DNA from: Candidatus Multivoradales bacterium | GTDB lineage: Bacteria > Acidobacteriota > Thermoanaerobaculia > Multivoradales > JAHEKO01 | Length of the DNA stretch: 64,000 nucleotides | Assembly (NCBI GenBank): GCA_965248055.1 | Contig: CBDFIJ010000004.1 | Span: 2,720,001-2,784,000 of the forward strand | Direction: 5' to 3' | Shown: piece by piece, positions 48,600 through 58,313 of the stretch | How positions within the stretch are numbered: position 1 is the first letter of the stretch | Layout: each line of letters opens with the position of its first letter | Program-made: the position numbers and the translations under genes | Notes under the pieces: generated by a model | Database searches by the model: none | Told to the model about the DNA's origin: nothing | The model's input: only the letters and a program-made list of their open reading frames with translations

Positions 48600-49429
48600 A
48601 ACTGCTATTCGTTGGCGATGTAGTAGGCAAGCCGGGTCGCCGTATTTTGGCGGCTCATTTGGACCAGTTGGTGGATGTTCACCACATTGACTTTACGATC
48701 GTGAACATTGAAAACGCGGCCGGCGGATTCGGTGTCACTCGGGATGTCTTTGCCTCATTCTCGGATCTGCCGATTGACTGTTACACCACTGGGAACCACG
48801 TTTGGGACAAACGTGAGGTCGATGGATTGCTAGAGCAACACGAGAATCTGCTTCGACCGGCGAACTATCCTGCTGGAACTGGCGGCGGATCCTTCGCCGC
48901 CACCAACGAACAGCGAAGAGTGCCTGGTGCCCGGAGCTACGTTGGTGCCAGTGCCTCTGGGGTTCCGGTCGCGGTGATCAATCTGGAGGGTCGGGTATTT
49001 ATGAAGGACTTGGACTCACCGTTTCTGGTTGCCGACGAGTTAGTTGCCGAGGTGTCGCGTCAAGCCAAGGTGATTTTTGTCGATATTCACGCCGAGGCCA
49101 CCAGCGAAAAGCAGGCGCTCGGTTTCTATTTGGATGGTCGGGTCTCGGCAGTGGTCGGAACCCACACCCATGTTCCCACCGCTGATGAACGCATCCTGCC
49201 CAATGGCACCGCGTTTCAGACAGACTGTGGGATGACCGGACCCTACGAGTCGGTGATTGGCATGCGCGCAGATCGGGTGATCGAGCGATTTTTGGTCCAG
49301 CGGCCAAGGCCGTTCGAGGTCGCCAAGCGCGACGCCCGTCTCGCGGCGGTGATCATCGATGTCGATGAACAGACTGGCCGCAGCCGAGACATTCAACGCT
49401 TATTGATTCAAGCCAGTCCAACTAGTTGA
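48596..49429 (+). CDS. ymdB: YmdB-family metallophosphoesterase (TIGR00282-like)
   Basis: GDVVG, GNHVWD, HAEATSEK and GTHTHV motifs. Follows rny. Confidence 0.93.
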   Translation: MKLLFVGDVVGKPGRRILAAHLDQLVDVHHIDFTIVNIENAAGGFGVTRDVFASFSDLPIDCYTTGNHVWDKREVDGLLEQHENLLRPANYPAGTGGGSFAATNEQRRVPGARSYVGASASGVPVAVINLEGRVFMKDLDSPFLVADELVAEVSRQAKVIFVDIHAEATSEKQALGFYLDGRVSAVVGTHTHVPTADERILPNGTAFQTDCGMTGPYESVIGMRADRVIERFLVQRPRPFEVAKRDARLAAVIIDVDEQTGRSRDIQRLLIQASPTS

Positions 49430-51725
49430 CGTCGACGGGAAGATCGCTGGGCGGGCTCTGATCGGGGCTCTCGGCTGAGGCACCCTCTTGGCCAATGTCC
49501 AGGTCAAAGGTTGGCGCTACCACCCGTACCGGGATCGGAGGGGGTACCGACTGCGGGTTTTTCTGGGAAAACCAGCCGACCATTTCACGCACAATATCGA
49601 TCGCTAGCAAGTACTCGCCAGGCTTGTCTGGGGCGACGATTGGAATGGTTATCAGTTTGGTGACATTGGGTTCGACCGGTGCGCCAAAACGCGCCCGATC
49701 ATTTTCCCAACGAAACAGAGAACCGTCGCTGTTGAGCCAGTGGTAGCTGAGGCCCAGTCGGGTGGTGTCCTGGTAGGGCCAGGTGACATGGCTGGCATTG
49801 CGTACCGCCACGCGGACCACGGATTCACTTTCGGTAGCAAGAGCAACCGGAGCATCCAAGATCCGCCAATCGGCGTAGAAGAGGTCGTCGTCGAGGCCGG
49901 CGGTGTCGCCGATATGCAGCAGGGTCGCGCCGACGCGGAAAGTGGGTGGGTGTTCACCGGTTGCCGGAGGGAATGATCCCCGCGCTGACTTGACGAACAT
50001 ACGATAGACCCACATCTGCTTGGGAGGCTCGCGCAGCGAAAAATCCAGTTCCCAACGTTTCTTGTAGGGATGCTTTGGCTTCAAGGTGATCTGGCCCCGT
50101 GCCTCCGACTCGAGGTGAACCACTTGCTTGTCACCACCCATCTTAATTTCTACTTGATTGGGCGTCGCCAAACTCTGGACGAAGAAAGAAATCTCATCAA
50201 TCGGCTCCCACGACAGAACAAATATCTCCACCGGTTCTCCGGCGTGGGTCCACATCCAATCGCCGAACTTGCGGAAAACATCTTGTCGACCGATAAAGTG
50301 GAGACCTTGCTGACTGACCCCCTGATAGCCTGGAATTCTGGTGCGAATCGAGGAGAGCTCGTAGGGAAACCATCGAAATGGGGCATAGCGAACGTGCGAC
50401 TGGAGAGTTGGCTCCCTGACTGGCACGCCGAAGGGAGTAAACAGCAATCCGCCCAACAGCAACCCACCCACGGCGTAGCCGACCACCGTCGCCCAACGGG
50501 GCCGAATCTTGGTGATCAAGAAAAAGAATGCCGGATAGACGCTGACAAAGTAACGGTTGCCGACGAAACCGCCGCCACCGTGCCAGTTAAACCAAATCCA
50601 AAGCATGGTGTACAGCGCGATGATGACGATCGACGCCAGCAGGATCCAACGCACCGGCGATCCTCGTCCGTGGATAACAAAAAGAATCAGAGCCAAGGCG
50701 GCAAATGGCATGTAGGGAAAAAGTCCGGTGTGTCGGCCCCAAAGAAAGTAGGGGATATCCTCAACCAGTTTCTTGATGTGTACCGGAGGAAGCCCGATTA
50801 GCCAGCCCCAAGAATTTTTTTTCTGAATGCCTTGCGCAGGATCGATTTCGACCGGTTTTACTGGGATCACCTCAGATTCAAGGTTGACTCCAGTGCGGGC
50901 CACGCCGAGGTAGGCGGACGGGTGTCCGGTGAGTTGGATTGCCAAGCCACAAATGGCGGTCATGGAGAGCGCCGCACCGAGCAGCCATGCGCCGGCGCCC
51001 TTGAGCCCGAACCTGCGCCACGACGCGTACAACGCTGCCAGCCCAACTGCTGCAAACATCGGCTTGTTGTAGACACCAAATGCGAGGATGGCCCCCGAGA
51101 GAAAGGGTGCCCAGCGAGCGACACGGTTCCACAAGCCCGCCTTCGGGTAGTTGGTGAACCGATGTAGGCCAAAGAACAGGCAACCGGCAATCGAAGCTAG
51201 GTTAAAGACCTCTGGATGTAGCCAAAAGACATAGACGAACGAGGAAGCAATCAAAAAAAACCCCGCGGAGAATGCGAGAGAGATCCCTGGAGCGTTAAAT
51301 CGTCCCAGATACACCGCTCCCATCCACACGGTAGTCAACAACAGCAACATGTTGAACGCGACCATGCCGTTGGGGCCGAAGGCACGCACCCAGGGAGCGG
51401 CAAATAAGGAATAGATGTAGGGCTTGCCGAAGTAGGTTGAATGCCAGCCATCATCCGACATTAGGATCACGTTCATCGCCGGTCGCACCGGGTAAGCGTC
51501 GAACAAGCGCCGAAGGTCCTGGGATTCAGCCACCAGATCGCGGTCTCTGGCCAAACTCTCCGCCATCAAGTAGTAGGCAGCCTCGTCTGCCTTGAGGGTC
51601 AAAGGCAGTCCGGGCTTCTGAATAGTGAGCGGGAAAAGGACTAAGAAACAGGCGATGGCTGCGAACACCAAGCGGGTGGTCGAGTCCGTGGCAGGGCTCT
51701 CGATCGAGTTGGCTACGGGGTTCAT
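49422..51725 (-). CDS. Multi-TM GT-C-like membrane protein with C-terminal Ig-like domain
   Basis: ADE motif after TM1, 10 or more TM segments, GNRYF and C-terminal LSYHW...APDKPGEYLL. Start is uncertain. Confidence 0.7.
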   Translation of the reverse strand: MNPVANSIESPATDSTTRLVFAAIACFLVLFPLTIQKPGLPLTLKADEAAYYLMAESLARDRDLVAESQDLRRLFDAYPVRPAMNVILMSDDGWHSTYFGKPYIYSLFAAPWVRAFGPNGMVAFNMLLLLTTVWMGAVYLGRFNAPGISLAFSAGFFLIASSFVYVFWLHPEVFNLASIAGCLFFGLHRFTNYPKAGLWNRVARWAPFLSGAILAFGVYNKPMFAAVGLAALYASWRRFGLKGAGAWLLGAALSMTAICGLAIQLTGHPSAYLGVARTGVNLESEVIPVKPVEIDPAQGIQKKNSWGWLIGLPPVHIKKLVEDIPYFLWGRHTGLFPYMPFAALALILFVIHGRGSPVRWILLASIVIIALYTMLWIWFNWHGGGGFVGNRYFVSVYPAFFFLITKIRPRWATVVGYAVGGLLLGGLLFTPFGVPVREPTLQSHVRYAPFRWFPYELSSIRTRIPGYQGVSQQGLHFIGRQDVFRKFGDWMWTHAGEPVEIFVLSWEPIDEISFFVQSLATPNQVEIKMGGDKQVVHLESEARGQITLKPKHPYKKRWELDFSLREPPKQMWVYRMFVKSARGSFPPATGEHPPTFRVGATLLHIGDTAGLDDDLFYADWRILDAPVALATESESVVRVAVRNASHVTWPYQDTTRLGLSYHWLNSDGSLFRWENDRARFGAPVEPNVTKLITIPIVAPDKPGEYLLAIDIVREMVGWFSQKNPQSVPPPIPVRVVAPTFDLDIGQEGASAESPDQSPPSDLPVDVN

Positions 51726-51857
51726 CGGCGACAGCCTACGCGGGGAGCGGTTTGGGTTCAAGGCTGATAAGATCTCATGTCACCCGCGCGTGGGGAGAAA
51801 CCGGAAACTGGACTCGCGCGCAATCAATAACAACACGCTAGTGGATACGAGGAATTG

Positions 51858-53579
51858 ATGAGTCATCTTATTTCGCCTTATGGGGGCAAGCTTGCTAACC
51901 CGATGCTTTCGAGCGAGGAAGCGCGGGAGCTGCAGTCCCAACTGCAAGAAGACGTTTCTTGGGATTTAACCGCCCAGCAGATCTGTGACCTTGAATTGAT
52001 AATGGTCGGTGGTTTTTCACCCCTAGACCGGTTTATGAACCGGGCCGACTACGAGAGCGTTTGCCAGTCGATGCGGCTGGCGGACGGAACCCTTTGGCCG
52101 ATGCCGATCACGCTCGCCATCGACCAGCAGACTGCCGATCAGTTGGCTGACGGCAACCAACGGTTGGTGCTCCGCGACCCCGAAGGGGTTCCTTTGGCGG
52201 TGGTTGAGGTTGAAGAGACTTGGCAGCCCGACCGTGAGAAGGAAGCTCAGCAAGTATTCGGTACCCTGGATCGCAAGCATCCTGGCGTCGCCCATCTCTT
52301 GGACCGCACCCCCAAGATCGCGGTGGCGGGACGCCTGCTGGGCATTCAACGGCCGCTCCACTATGACTTCACTTCGCTGCGCCTCACCCCAGAAGATGTC
52401 CGCCGTCGCTTCGCCGCTCGTGGTTGGAGCAACGTGGTGGCGTTTCAGACCCGCAATCCGATGCACCGGGCGCACTATGAATTGACGCTGCGCGCTTGTA
52501 AGACCCGAGGCGTCAACCTGCTGATTCACCCGGTGGTGGGAATGACCAAGCCGGGAGATTTAGATCACTACACCCGGGTTCGTTGTTACCGCGCACTCCA
52601 GGACCACTACCCGCCACAGTTGGCGGAATTAGCTCTGCTGCCCCTGGCGATGCGCATGGGCGGACCCCGGGAAGCGGTGTGGCACGCCATCATTCGGCGC
52701 AACTACGGTTGTACCCATTTCATTGTTGGCCGCGATCACGCGGGTCCCGGCGTCGACTCGCAGGGCAATCCATTCTACGGACCCTACGATGCTCAGGAAC
52801 TGATGATTGAACACGCCGAAGAGATCGGCGTTGAGATGGTGCCATTTCGTAACATGGTGTTCGTCGAGGAAGACCAGAAGTACTTTCCGGATGACGAGGT
52901 GGTTGAGGGTAAGACCAAGCTCTCGCTCTCTGGAACCGAGTTGCGTAGTCGCTTGTCGCAGGGGCAAGAATTGCCGGAGTGGTTTACCTTCCCCGAGGTC
53001 ACCAAAGAACTGCGCAAGACTCATCCGACTCGCTCCAGCCAAGGGGTCACGGTGTTTTTCACCGGATTGTCTGGCTCGGGAAAATCAACCGTCGCCAAGG
53101 CCCTGATGGTGCGTTTGTTGGAAGTAGGTAATCGGCCGGTGACTTTGCTCGACGGCGACTTGGTGCGTAAGAACCTATCGTCGGAGTTGGGTTTCTCGCG
53201 AGAGCATCGCGACCTCAATGTCACCCGAATCGGCTATGTGGCCTCCGAGATCACCAAGAATCGCGGCATCGCGATTTGCGCGCCCATCGCACCCTATGAC
53301 GGGACTCGGCGCGAAATACGAAAGATGATTGAGCCGTTGGGTGGCTTCATTCTGGTGCATGTCTCGACCGCGCTTGAGGTTTGTGAGAGTCGCGATCGAA
53401 AGGGCTTGTATGCCAAGGCTCGGGCCGGGATCATCAAAGAGTTCACTGGGATTTCCGATCCCTACGAAGAGCCCGCAGACGCCGACATCGTGCTGGATAC
53501 CGGATCTTTGTCCCCGGAAGAGAGCGTGCAGAAGGTTCTGCTTCATCTTGAGACAGCGGGATACATCGGCGATCGGTAG
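51858..53579 (+). CDS. sat-cysC: Bifunctional ATP sulfurylase/APS kinase
   Basis: QTRNPMHRAH and GRDHAG, then TGLSGSGKST, LDGD and KGLY...FTGISDPYE. Confidence 0.95.
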   Translation: MSHLISPYGGKLANPMLSSEEARELQSQLQEDVSWDLTAQQICDLELIMVGGFSPLDRFMNRADYESVCQSMRLADGTLWPMPITLAIDQQTADQLADGNQRLVLRDPEGVPLAVVEVEETWQPDREKEAQQVFGTLDRKHPGVAHLLDRTPKIAVAGRLLGIQRPLHYDFTSLRLTPEDVRRRFAARGWSNVVAFQTRNPMHRAHYELTLRACKTRGVNLLIHPVVGMTKPGDLDHYTRVRCYRALQDHYPPQLAELALLPLAMRMGGPREAVWHAIIRRNYGCTHFIVGRDHAGPGVDSQGNPFYGPYDAQELMIEHAEEIGVEMVPFRNMVFVEEDQKYFPDDEVVEGKTKLSLSGTELRSRLSQGQELPEWFTFPEVTKELRKTHPTRSSQGVTVFFTGLSGSGKSTVAKALMVRLLEVGNRPVTLLDGDLVRKNLSSELGFSREHRDLNVTRIGYVASEITKNRGIAICAPIAPYDGTRREIRKMIEPLGGFILVHVSTALEVCESRDRKGLYAKARAGIIKEFTGISDPYEEPADADIVLDTGSLSPEESVQKVLLHLETAGYIGDR

Positions 53580-53610
53580 CGCTCAGGGTCGGCCCCTATT
53601 TTCGCGGTTC

Positions 53611-55221
53611 TTGCTGGCGGCCCTGGTGCTGACAGTAGCCTGCTCTTCGGAGCCGTCCGAGACAATCCATGATGGGGTGCTGAGGCAAATTCCCCCGTTG
53701 GACGCGGTTCGCGGCGTGGTGTTGATTTCTCTCGATACCTTACGTGCCGATCGTCTGGGCCTGTACGGCTACCAAAGAGACACCAGTCCGTTCTTGGATC
53801 GACTGGCCGCCGAGCGCGGCATCGTCTTTGAGCGCACGATCTCTCAGTATCCGGGAACCTTGATTTCCCATATGTCGATGCTCACCGGGCTCTATCCTCG
53901 GGAGCACGGGGTATTGCCGCCGGCTTCGATTCTGCCGTCGAATGTGCCGCTGCTGGCGGAGCTGCTTGCCGAGCGTGGCTTTCGTACCGCTGGGCACACC
54001 GAAGGTGGATTTATGGATGGAGACTTTGGCTTCAAGAGAGGGTTTGAGGAATTCACCGACACTTCCTACAGTCAAGACCAAGACATCGAACGGACTTTGT
54101 CTCGAGGCGTTGATTTCTTACAGCGACTGGGCGAGCAGGATCGATTCTTCCTGTTCTTGCACAGCTACTCGGTGCACGATCCTTACTTGCCGCCGTCCGG
54201 TTTTGGCGTCAACGCCGACCTAGTACCTGAGCCCGCGCCCACCGGCGAGACCATCAAGGAGTTCAATCGGGGATTCCTGTCGGTAGCGGATTCGACGATC
54301 GCTGACTACAGTGATCGTTATGACGCTTCGATTCGCTATGCCGACCAAGTGGTGTCGAACTTCTTCTCACGCCTGGAAGAACTGGGTCTAGCGGAAGACA
54401 CTGCCGTCATCATCACCTCGGATCACGGCGAGGCGTTCGCCGAACATGGACGGCTGGGGCACGAGCAAACCTATCCAGAGGAACTCTGGGTGCCACTGAT
54501 TGTGGTTCATCCGGGGGTCGAACGAGGGGTGCGAATCGATGGTTTGGCCGAGCTGATTGACCTGCCGCCGACGATATTAGAAATGCTCGATCTTGAGGCC
54601 GATTGGGAGGTCAGTGGTCGGGATCTGATCACTACGCAGAGTGGTGGCCGTGCACATTCGGAGACTTCCGACCCAGCGCGCCAACAAGTGTTGTTTCGCC
54701 AGGACGGTGAGCAACTGTGGATGCTGGTGGACACCGAATATTTGTCCGACCCCGATGGAAGCTGGCTGCCGCTGGACAACAGCATCGATGTTGACACCCC
54801 CGCGGAGCTGGAGCTGGTTAGTTTTGCTGGACCCAAGGAAGCTGCGGTGTGGGTCGATGGCCATTTGGAGCAGCGGTCGGCGGTCGGCGGAGGTTGGAGT
54901 GCGTTGGAAATTGCTGGCGAAGGCCGCAAGAGAGTGCGACTTCGGTCCGAAAGCTGCACCAGTCCACAACGGCTAGGAGTTGGGGGTGACCCCAGGTGCC
55001 TGTCGTTGAAGATGCGCGGCCGTCCAGCGAAACGATTGGAACTGTTCGAATTGTCGGGTGACCCGACCGCATCCGAGGATCGCTCCTATCAAGACGGACA
55101 GCGACTGCGACGTCTGGTGGGGGAACTGGGATCCTGGGAATTTGAGCTGCGAGGAACCAGCAAGTCGCTGGAATTGGACCCGGAAACCCGCCGCACCTTG
55201 GAATCCCTCGGCTATCTTTGA
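53611..55221 (+). CDS. Sulfatase-like (alkaline phosphatase superfamily) lipoprotein with Thr at the nucleophile position
   Basis: Lipobox TVAC, ISLDTLRAD, GTLISHMSMLTG, HDPY and TSDHGE. Start is uncertain. Confidence 0.8.
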   Translation: MLAALVLTVACSSEPSETIHDGVLRQIPPLDAVRGVVLISLDTLRADRLGLYGYQRDTSPFLDRLAAERGIVFERTISQYPGTLISHMSMLTGLYPREHGVLPPASILPSNVPLLAELLAERGFRTAGHTEGGFMDGDFGFKRGFEEFTDTSYSQDQDIERTLSRGVDFLQRLGEQDRFFLFLHSYSVHDPYLPPSGFGVNADLVPEPAPTGETIKEFNRGFLSVADSTIADYSDRYDASIRYADQVVSNFFSRLEELGLAEDTAVIITSDHGEAFAEHGRLGHEQTYPEELWVPLIVVHPGVERGVRIDGLAELIDLPPTILEMLDLEADWEVSGRDLITTQSGGRAHSETSDPARQQVLFRQDGEQLWMLVDTEYLSDPDGSWLPLDNSIDVDTPAELELVSFAGPKEAAVWVDGHLEQRSAVGGGWSALEIAGEGRKRVRLRSESCTSPQRLGVGGDPRCLSLKMRGRPAKRLELFELSGDPTASEDRSYQDGQRLRRLVGELGSWEFELRGTSKSLELDPETRRTLESLGYL

Positions 55222-57023
55222 TCTCTTTTTTCCGGGTTAACAACTCCCAGATAGCGTAGGCGGACCGCAGATTCTGGTTGTGGCGCCTCAACTTGGATTA
55301 GGAAACGATGGACGAAATGCTTGGTTTCCAAGTCGAAGGCCATGGGGTGGCGAATCCAAGGTGTCGACGGGGGAACGATCATTTCTACCGGCTGTCCTTC
55401 GAGGAACTCACTTGCCACCACTTCTGAGCGACCCCACCAGGGGCGGATCGTGACTTTGGTTCCTGGGGAGGCCAGGGCTTGGAACCGAAAGCCGTCACCC
55501 TTCCGATGAGTCACAACCATGATCTCACTAGGCCGCAGCGTTTGGCCTAGGACCCAATCCTCTGCGCCTACCTTGGATCGAAAGTCGACAAACCGCACAT
55601 AGTCCCTGCCCCAAAACCGCGATCGTTGTCCCTCGGTTTCGCGGGCCGTCGACTCGTAGGGAAGCCAGCGAAAAATTCCGGCTGAGGCATGACTTTGACT
55701 GGTCGGGTCCAGAGCGCCGACCTCGCGGACCGAAGCCCAAGCGGAAACCCCTGCGGCTACTGCGATCAACCAGCAACTGACCACCGCAACCCGCAATGAC
55801 CACCGCCGCGCCGAGGCGAATCCGCCTTGGGGCCACGCCAGGACAGCGAACAACAAACCGTAGGACGGTAGAAAATATCGGTTGCCGACCGTAGCGGAGC
55901 CGCCAAAGTAATTGTCAGGACGGTAGAGCAGGTAGAAAACCCATAGCGCCAACACGCCCAACAGAGCAACTGTCGCGGCGTTTCGCCCGCGCAATCCCCA
56001 ATAGATCATGAACAACGCGAACGGGAAGTAGGGAAGCAGACCGGCGTGCCGACCGACGACGCCATAAAAAGCCGACCAGGGAATGCGACGATCCAACGAG
56101 GTCTGATAGACGTGCGTTGCTCGCTTCTTAGCGAGTTGCTCGCCAACCAGCGGGTCTTCGGCGTCGGTTGGGTATCCGATGAGAGCAGAGAACGAAGTTC
56201 GAGCAGCGGTATAAGGATTGAGCGTACCGACACTGGCGAACTGTAGTGTCGCCGCGAACACAATCATCGTCAGTAGAGAACCGGCGATCACCATGGCAAT
56301 CCGCGTTCGCCTCGCTACTGCAGCCATGCCAATCACCGAGAGTGCCAACAGCGCCTGAGGTGCCCGGGAGATCACCATGAGTCCGATGCAGACTCCGGCG
56401 AGCATCGCCCAACGTTCGGCGTTGCCAAACGCGCGAGCCTGGCGTTTAGTTGACCCTGTGGCCCGCATTGCGACGATGGCGGAAGAGACTCCGGCCAAGG
56501 CCAGAGAAAATTGCAAGATATCGCTCATCGACCAAGCGAGGTAGGGTAAGACGGCGGCAGTTCCCAAGTAGGTGGCCAATTTCCAGGATCGCCATCGCGA
56601 GGATTCTGATTCCTCTGGATCGAGGGTGCTGGCACCGAGAGCTTTCCAGGCGATGCTGCTTGCGGCGCACAGCAGTAGGGTGTTGACGATCCAAAAGGCA
56701 CTACGGCCAAAAAACCAGAAAAAAGGCGCTACCAAGAACGGATAGATTGGTGGTTTTGAGTAATACAGGCCACCGCTCGACTGGTGCAAGATAACGTTGG
56801 GCGACTCTCCCAGACTGGTGGCAGCAACTCGTTGATGGTCGCGGTGATCGAAACGCAGATCCCGGTCGTTCACCAGACTCTCGGTCATCGCTGAGAAAGT
56901 CCCTTCGTCTCCCCAGAAAACTCGTTGGTGACGCCGGTGAGGAGCTATGACCAATAGCCCAGCGACCGAGCCCAGCAGCAGGATCCAGGGAACAACTGCG
57001 TTGAGTATTCGGCAGCGAAACAT
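55212..57023 (-). CDS. GT-C-like membrane protein, paralogue of 49422-51725
   Basis: GDE...ESLVNDRDL, KPPIY, GRHAGLLPYFPF, VGNRYF and FRWLPYE. Confidence 0.7.
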   Translation of the reverse strand: MFRCRILNAVVPWILLLGSVAGLLVIAPHRRHQRVFWGDEGTFSAMTESLVNDRDLRFDHRDHQRVAATSLGESPNVILHQSSGGLYYSKPPIYPFLVAPFFWFFGRSAFWIVNTLLLCAASSIAWKALGASTLDPEESESSRWRSWKLATYLGTAAVLPYLAWSMSDILQFSLALAGVSSAIVAMRATGSTKRQARAFGNAERWAMLAGVCIGLMVISRAPQALLALSVIGMAAVARRTRIAMVIAGSLLTMIVFAATLQFASVGTLNPYTAARTSFSALIGYPTDAEDPLVGEQLAKKRATHVYQTSLDRRIPWSAFYGVVGRHAGLLPYFPFALFMIYWGLRGRNAATVALLGVLALWVFYLLYRPDNYFGGSATVGNRYFLPSYGLLFAVLAWPQGGFASARRWSLRVAVVSCWLIAVAAGVSAWASVREVGALDPTSQSHASAGIFRWLPYESTARETEGQRSRFWGRDYVRFVDFRSKVGAEDWVLGQTLRPSEIMVVTHRKGDGFRFQALASPGTKVTIRPWWGRSEVVASEFLEGQPVEMIVPPSTPWIRHPMAFDLETKHFVHRFLIQVEAPQPESAVRLRYLGVVNPEKRDQR

Positions 57024-57102
57024 CCGCTGATTCTAGCTGCCGCGTAGGGCGTTGTACGCGATTCCCTGTGGTAATCTGCCCAGGTCGCGAGCGAGGTTGT
57101 CG

Positions 57103-57390
57103 ATGTCAAAAACCGATCCACAAACTGAATCGAACGGAAATCCCGTAGATCCCGAACTGCTGGAGATCTTGGTTTGTCCCAAAACCAAGGGAGAACTGAC
57201 GTTAGTCGAACTGCCCAGTGAAGTTCGTGGGCCGTTGCTGGAGAAGTATCAGGAGTACTTCACCGAGGAAGAGACCCGGGTGACGCACGGGCTCTACTGT
57301 GCCGAATCGGAGTTGGTGTATCCGATCGTCTCTGAGATTCCGATCATGCTCGTTGACGAAGCCCTTCCCGCGTCCTCGATCGGCCGCTAG
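57103..57390 (+). CDS. Trm112-family protein with internal insertion
   Basis: LLEILVCPKTKGEL...YPIVSEIPIML. Confidence 0.85.
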   Translation: MSKTDPQTESNGNPVDPELLEILVCPKTKGELTLVELPSEVRGPLLEKYQEYFTEEETRVTHGLYCAESELVYPIVSEIPIMLVDEALPASSIGR

Positions 57391-57406
57391 ATCCCGCCAT
57401 AGCCTG

Positions 57407-58300
57407 ATGCCAGGACAATCTTTTCCAGCCTTCATGGCGAAGGCCCGTGTAACTGTAGATGGTCAACTGGATGAGTTGTTGGAAGCCGGCGAAGACCAGC
57501 TGCGCCAAGCGATTCGCTATGCCGCTTTGGGATCAGGAAAGCGAGTCCGACCGGCATTGATGATGGCAGTCGCCGAGGCGGTCGAATTAGACCCGCGTGT
57601 GGTCGCGGCACCGGCTGCGGCTTTGGAAATGGTCCATACATTCAGCTTGGTTCACGACGATCTTCCGGCGCTCGACGACGACCAACTGCGGCGAGGTCGA
57701 GAAACGGTCCACGTAGCGTTTGACGAACCGACCGCGATCTTGGTTGGAGATGCACTCTTGAGTCGATCGTTCGCAGTATTGGCGGAGCAACCGGCGACGG
57801 TGGCCGCTGAGCAACGCTGTCGAGCGATCGTGGCCCTGGCTAATGCGGTTGGCGAAGCGGGAATGCTGGGTGGGCAAATGTTGGACTTGCTGTCGGCGGG
57901 CAGTCTGTCTGAGCACACCACCGTGGCCGATTTGGAAAAGATTCACCGGGGAAAGACCGGGGCTTTGATGCGGGTGTGCGGCGAACTCCCGGCGATCTAC
58001 GCCGGTGTGGACCACGCCACCGCCACCTCAGTGGCAAATGTCTGCGAATTGATTGGCTTGATGTTCCAGGTCAGTGATGACTTGCTGGACGTGACCCAAA
58101 GTAGTGCTGTGCTCGGTAAGACCGCAGGTAAGGATGTGGCGCAGAAGAAACTTACCTATCCTGGAATTCTCGGTGTCGAGGGCGCTGCCGAGTTCCTAAC
58201 GAAGCTACTCCAACGGGCCCTAGAGGCTCTGGTTGATCTCCCAGGGCCCACCGAGTCGATCCGGATGATTGTCGGATTTGTCGCCGATCGCAGTCACTAA
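57407..58300 (+). CDS. ispA: Farnesyl/geranylgeranyl diphosphate synthase
   Basis: GKRVRP, HDDLPALDDDQLRRG, FQVSDDLLD and GKTAGKD motifs. Confidence 0.93.
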   Translation: MPGQSFPAFMAKARVTVDGQLDELLEAGEDQLRQAIRYAALGSGKRVRPALMMAVAEAVELDPRVVAAPAAALEMVHTFSLVHDDLPALDDDQLRRGRETVHVAFDEPTAILVGDALLSRSFAVLAEQPATVAAEQRCRAIVALANAVGEAGMLGGQMLDLLSAGSLSEHTTVADLEKIHRGKTGALMRVCGELPAIYAGVDHATATSVANVCELIGLMFQVSDDLLDVTQSSAVLGKTAGKDVAQKKLTYPGILGVEGAAEFLTKLLQRALEALVDLPGPTESIRMIVGFVADRSH

Positions 58301-58313
58301 TGAGTCGGTCTTT

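Noticed and set aside
53329-53610. N-terminal extension of the sulfatase-like ORF in the track
   Set aside because: It overlaps cysC by about 250 nt, and the lipoprotein signal points to a start near the cysC stop.
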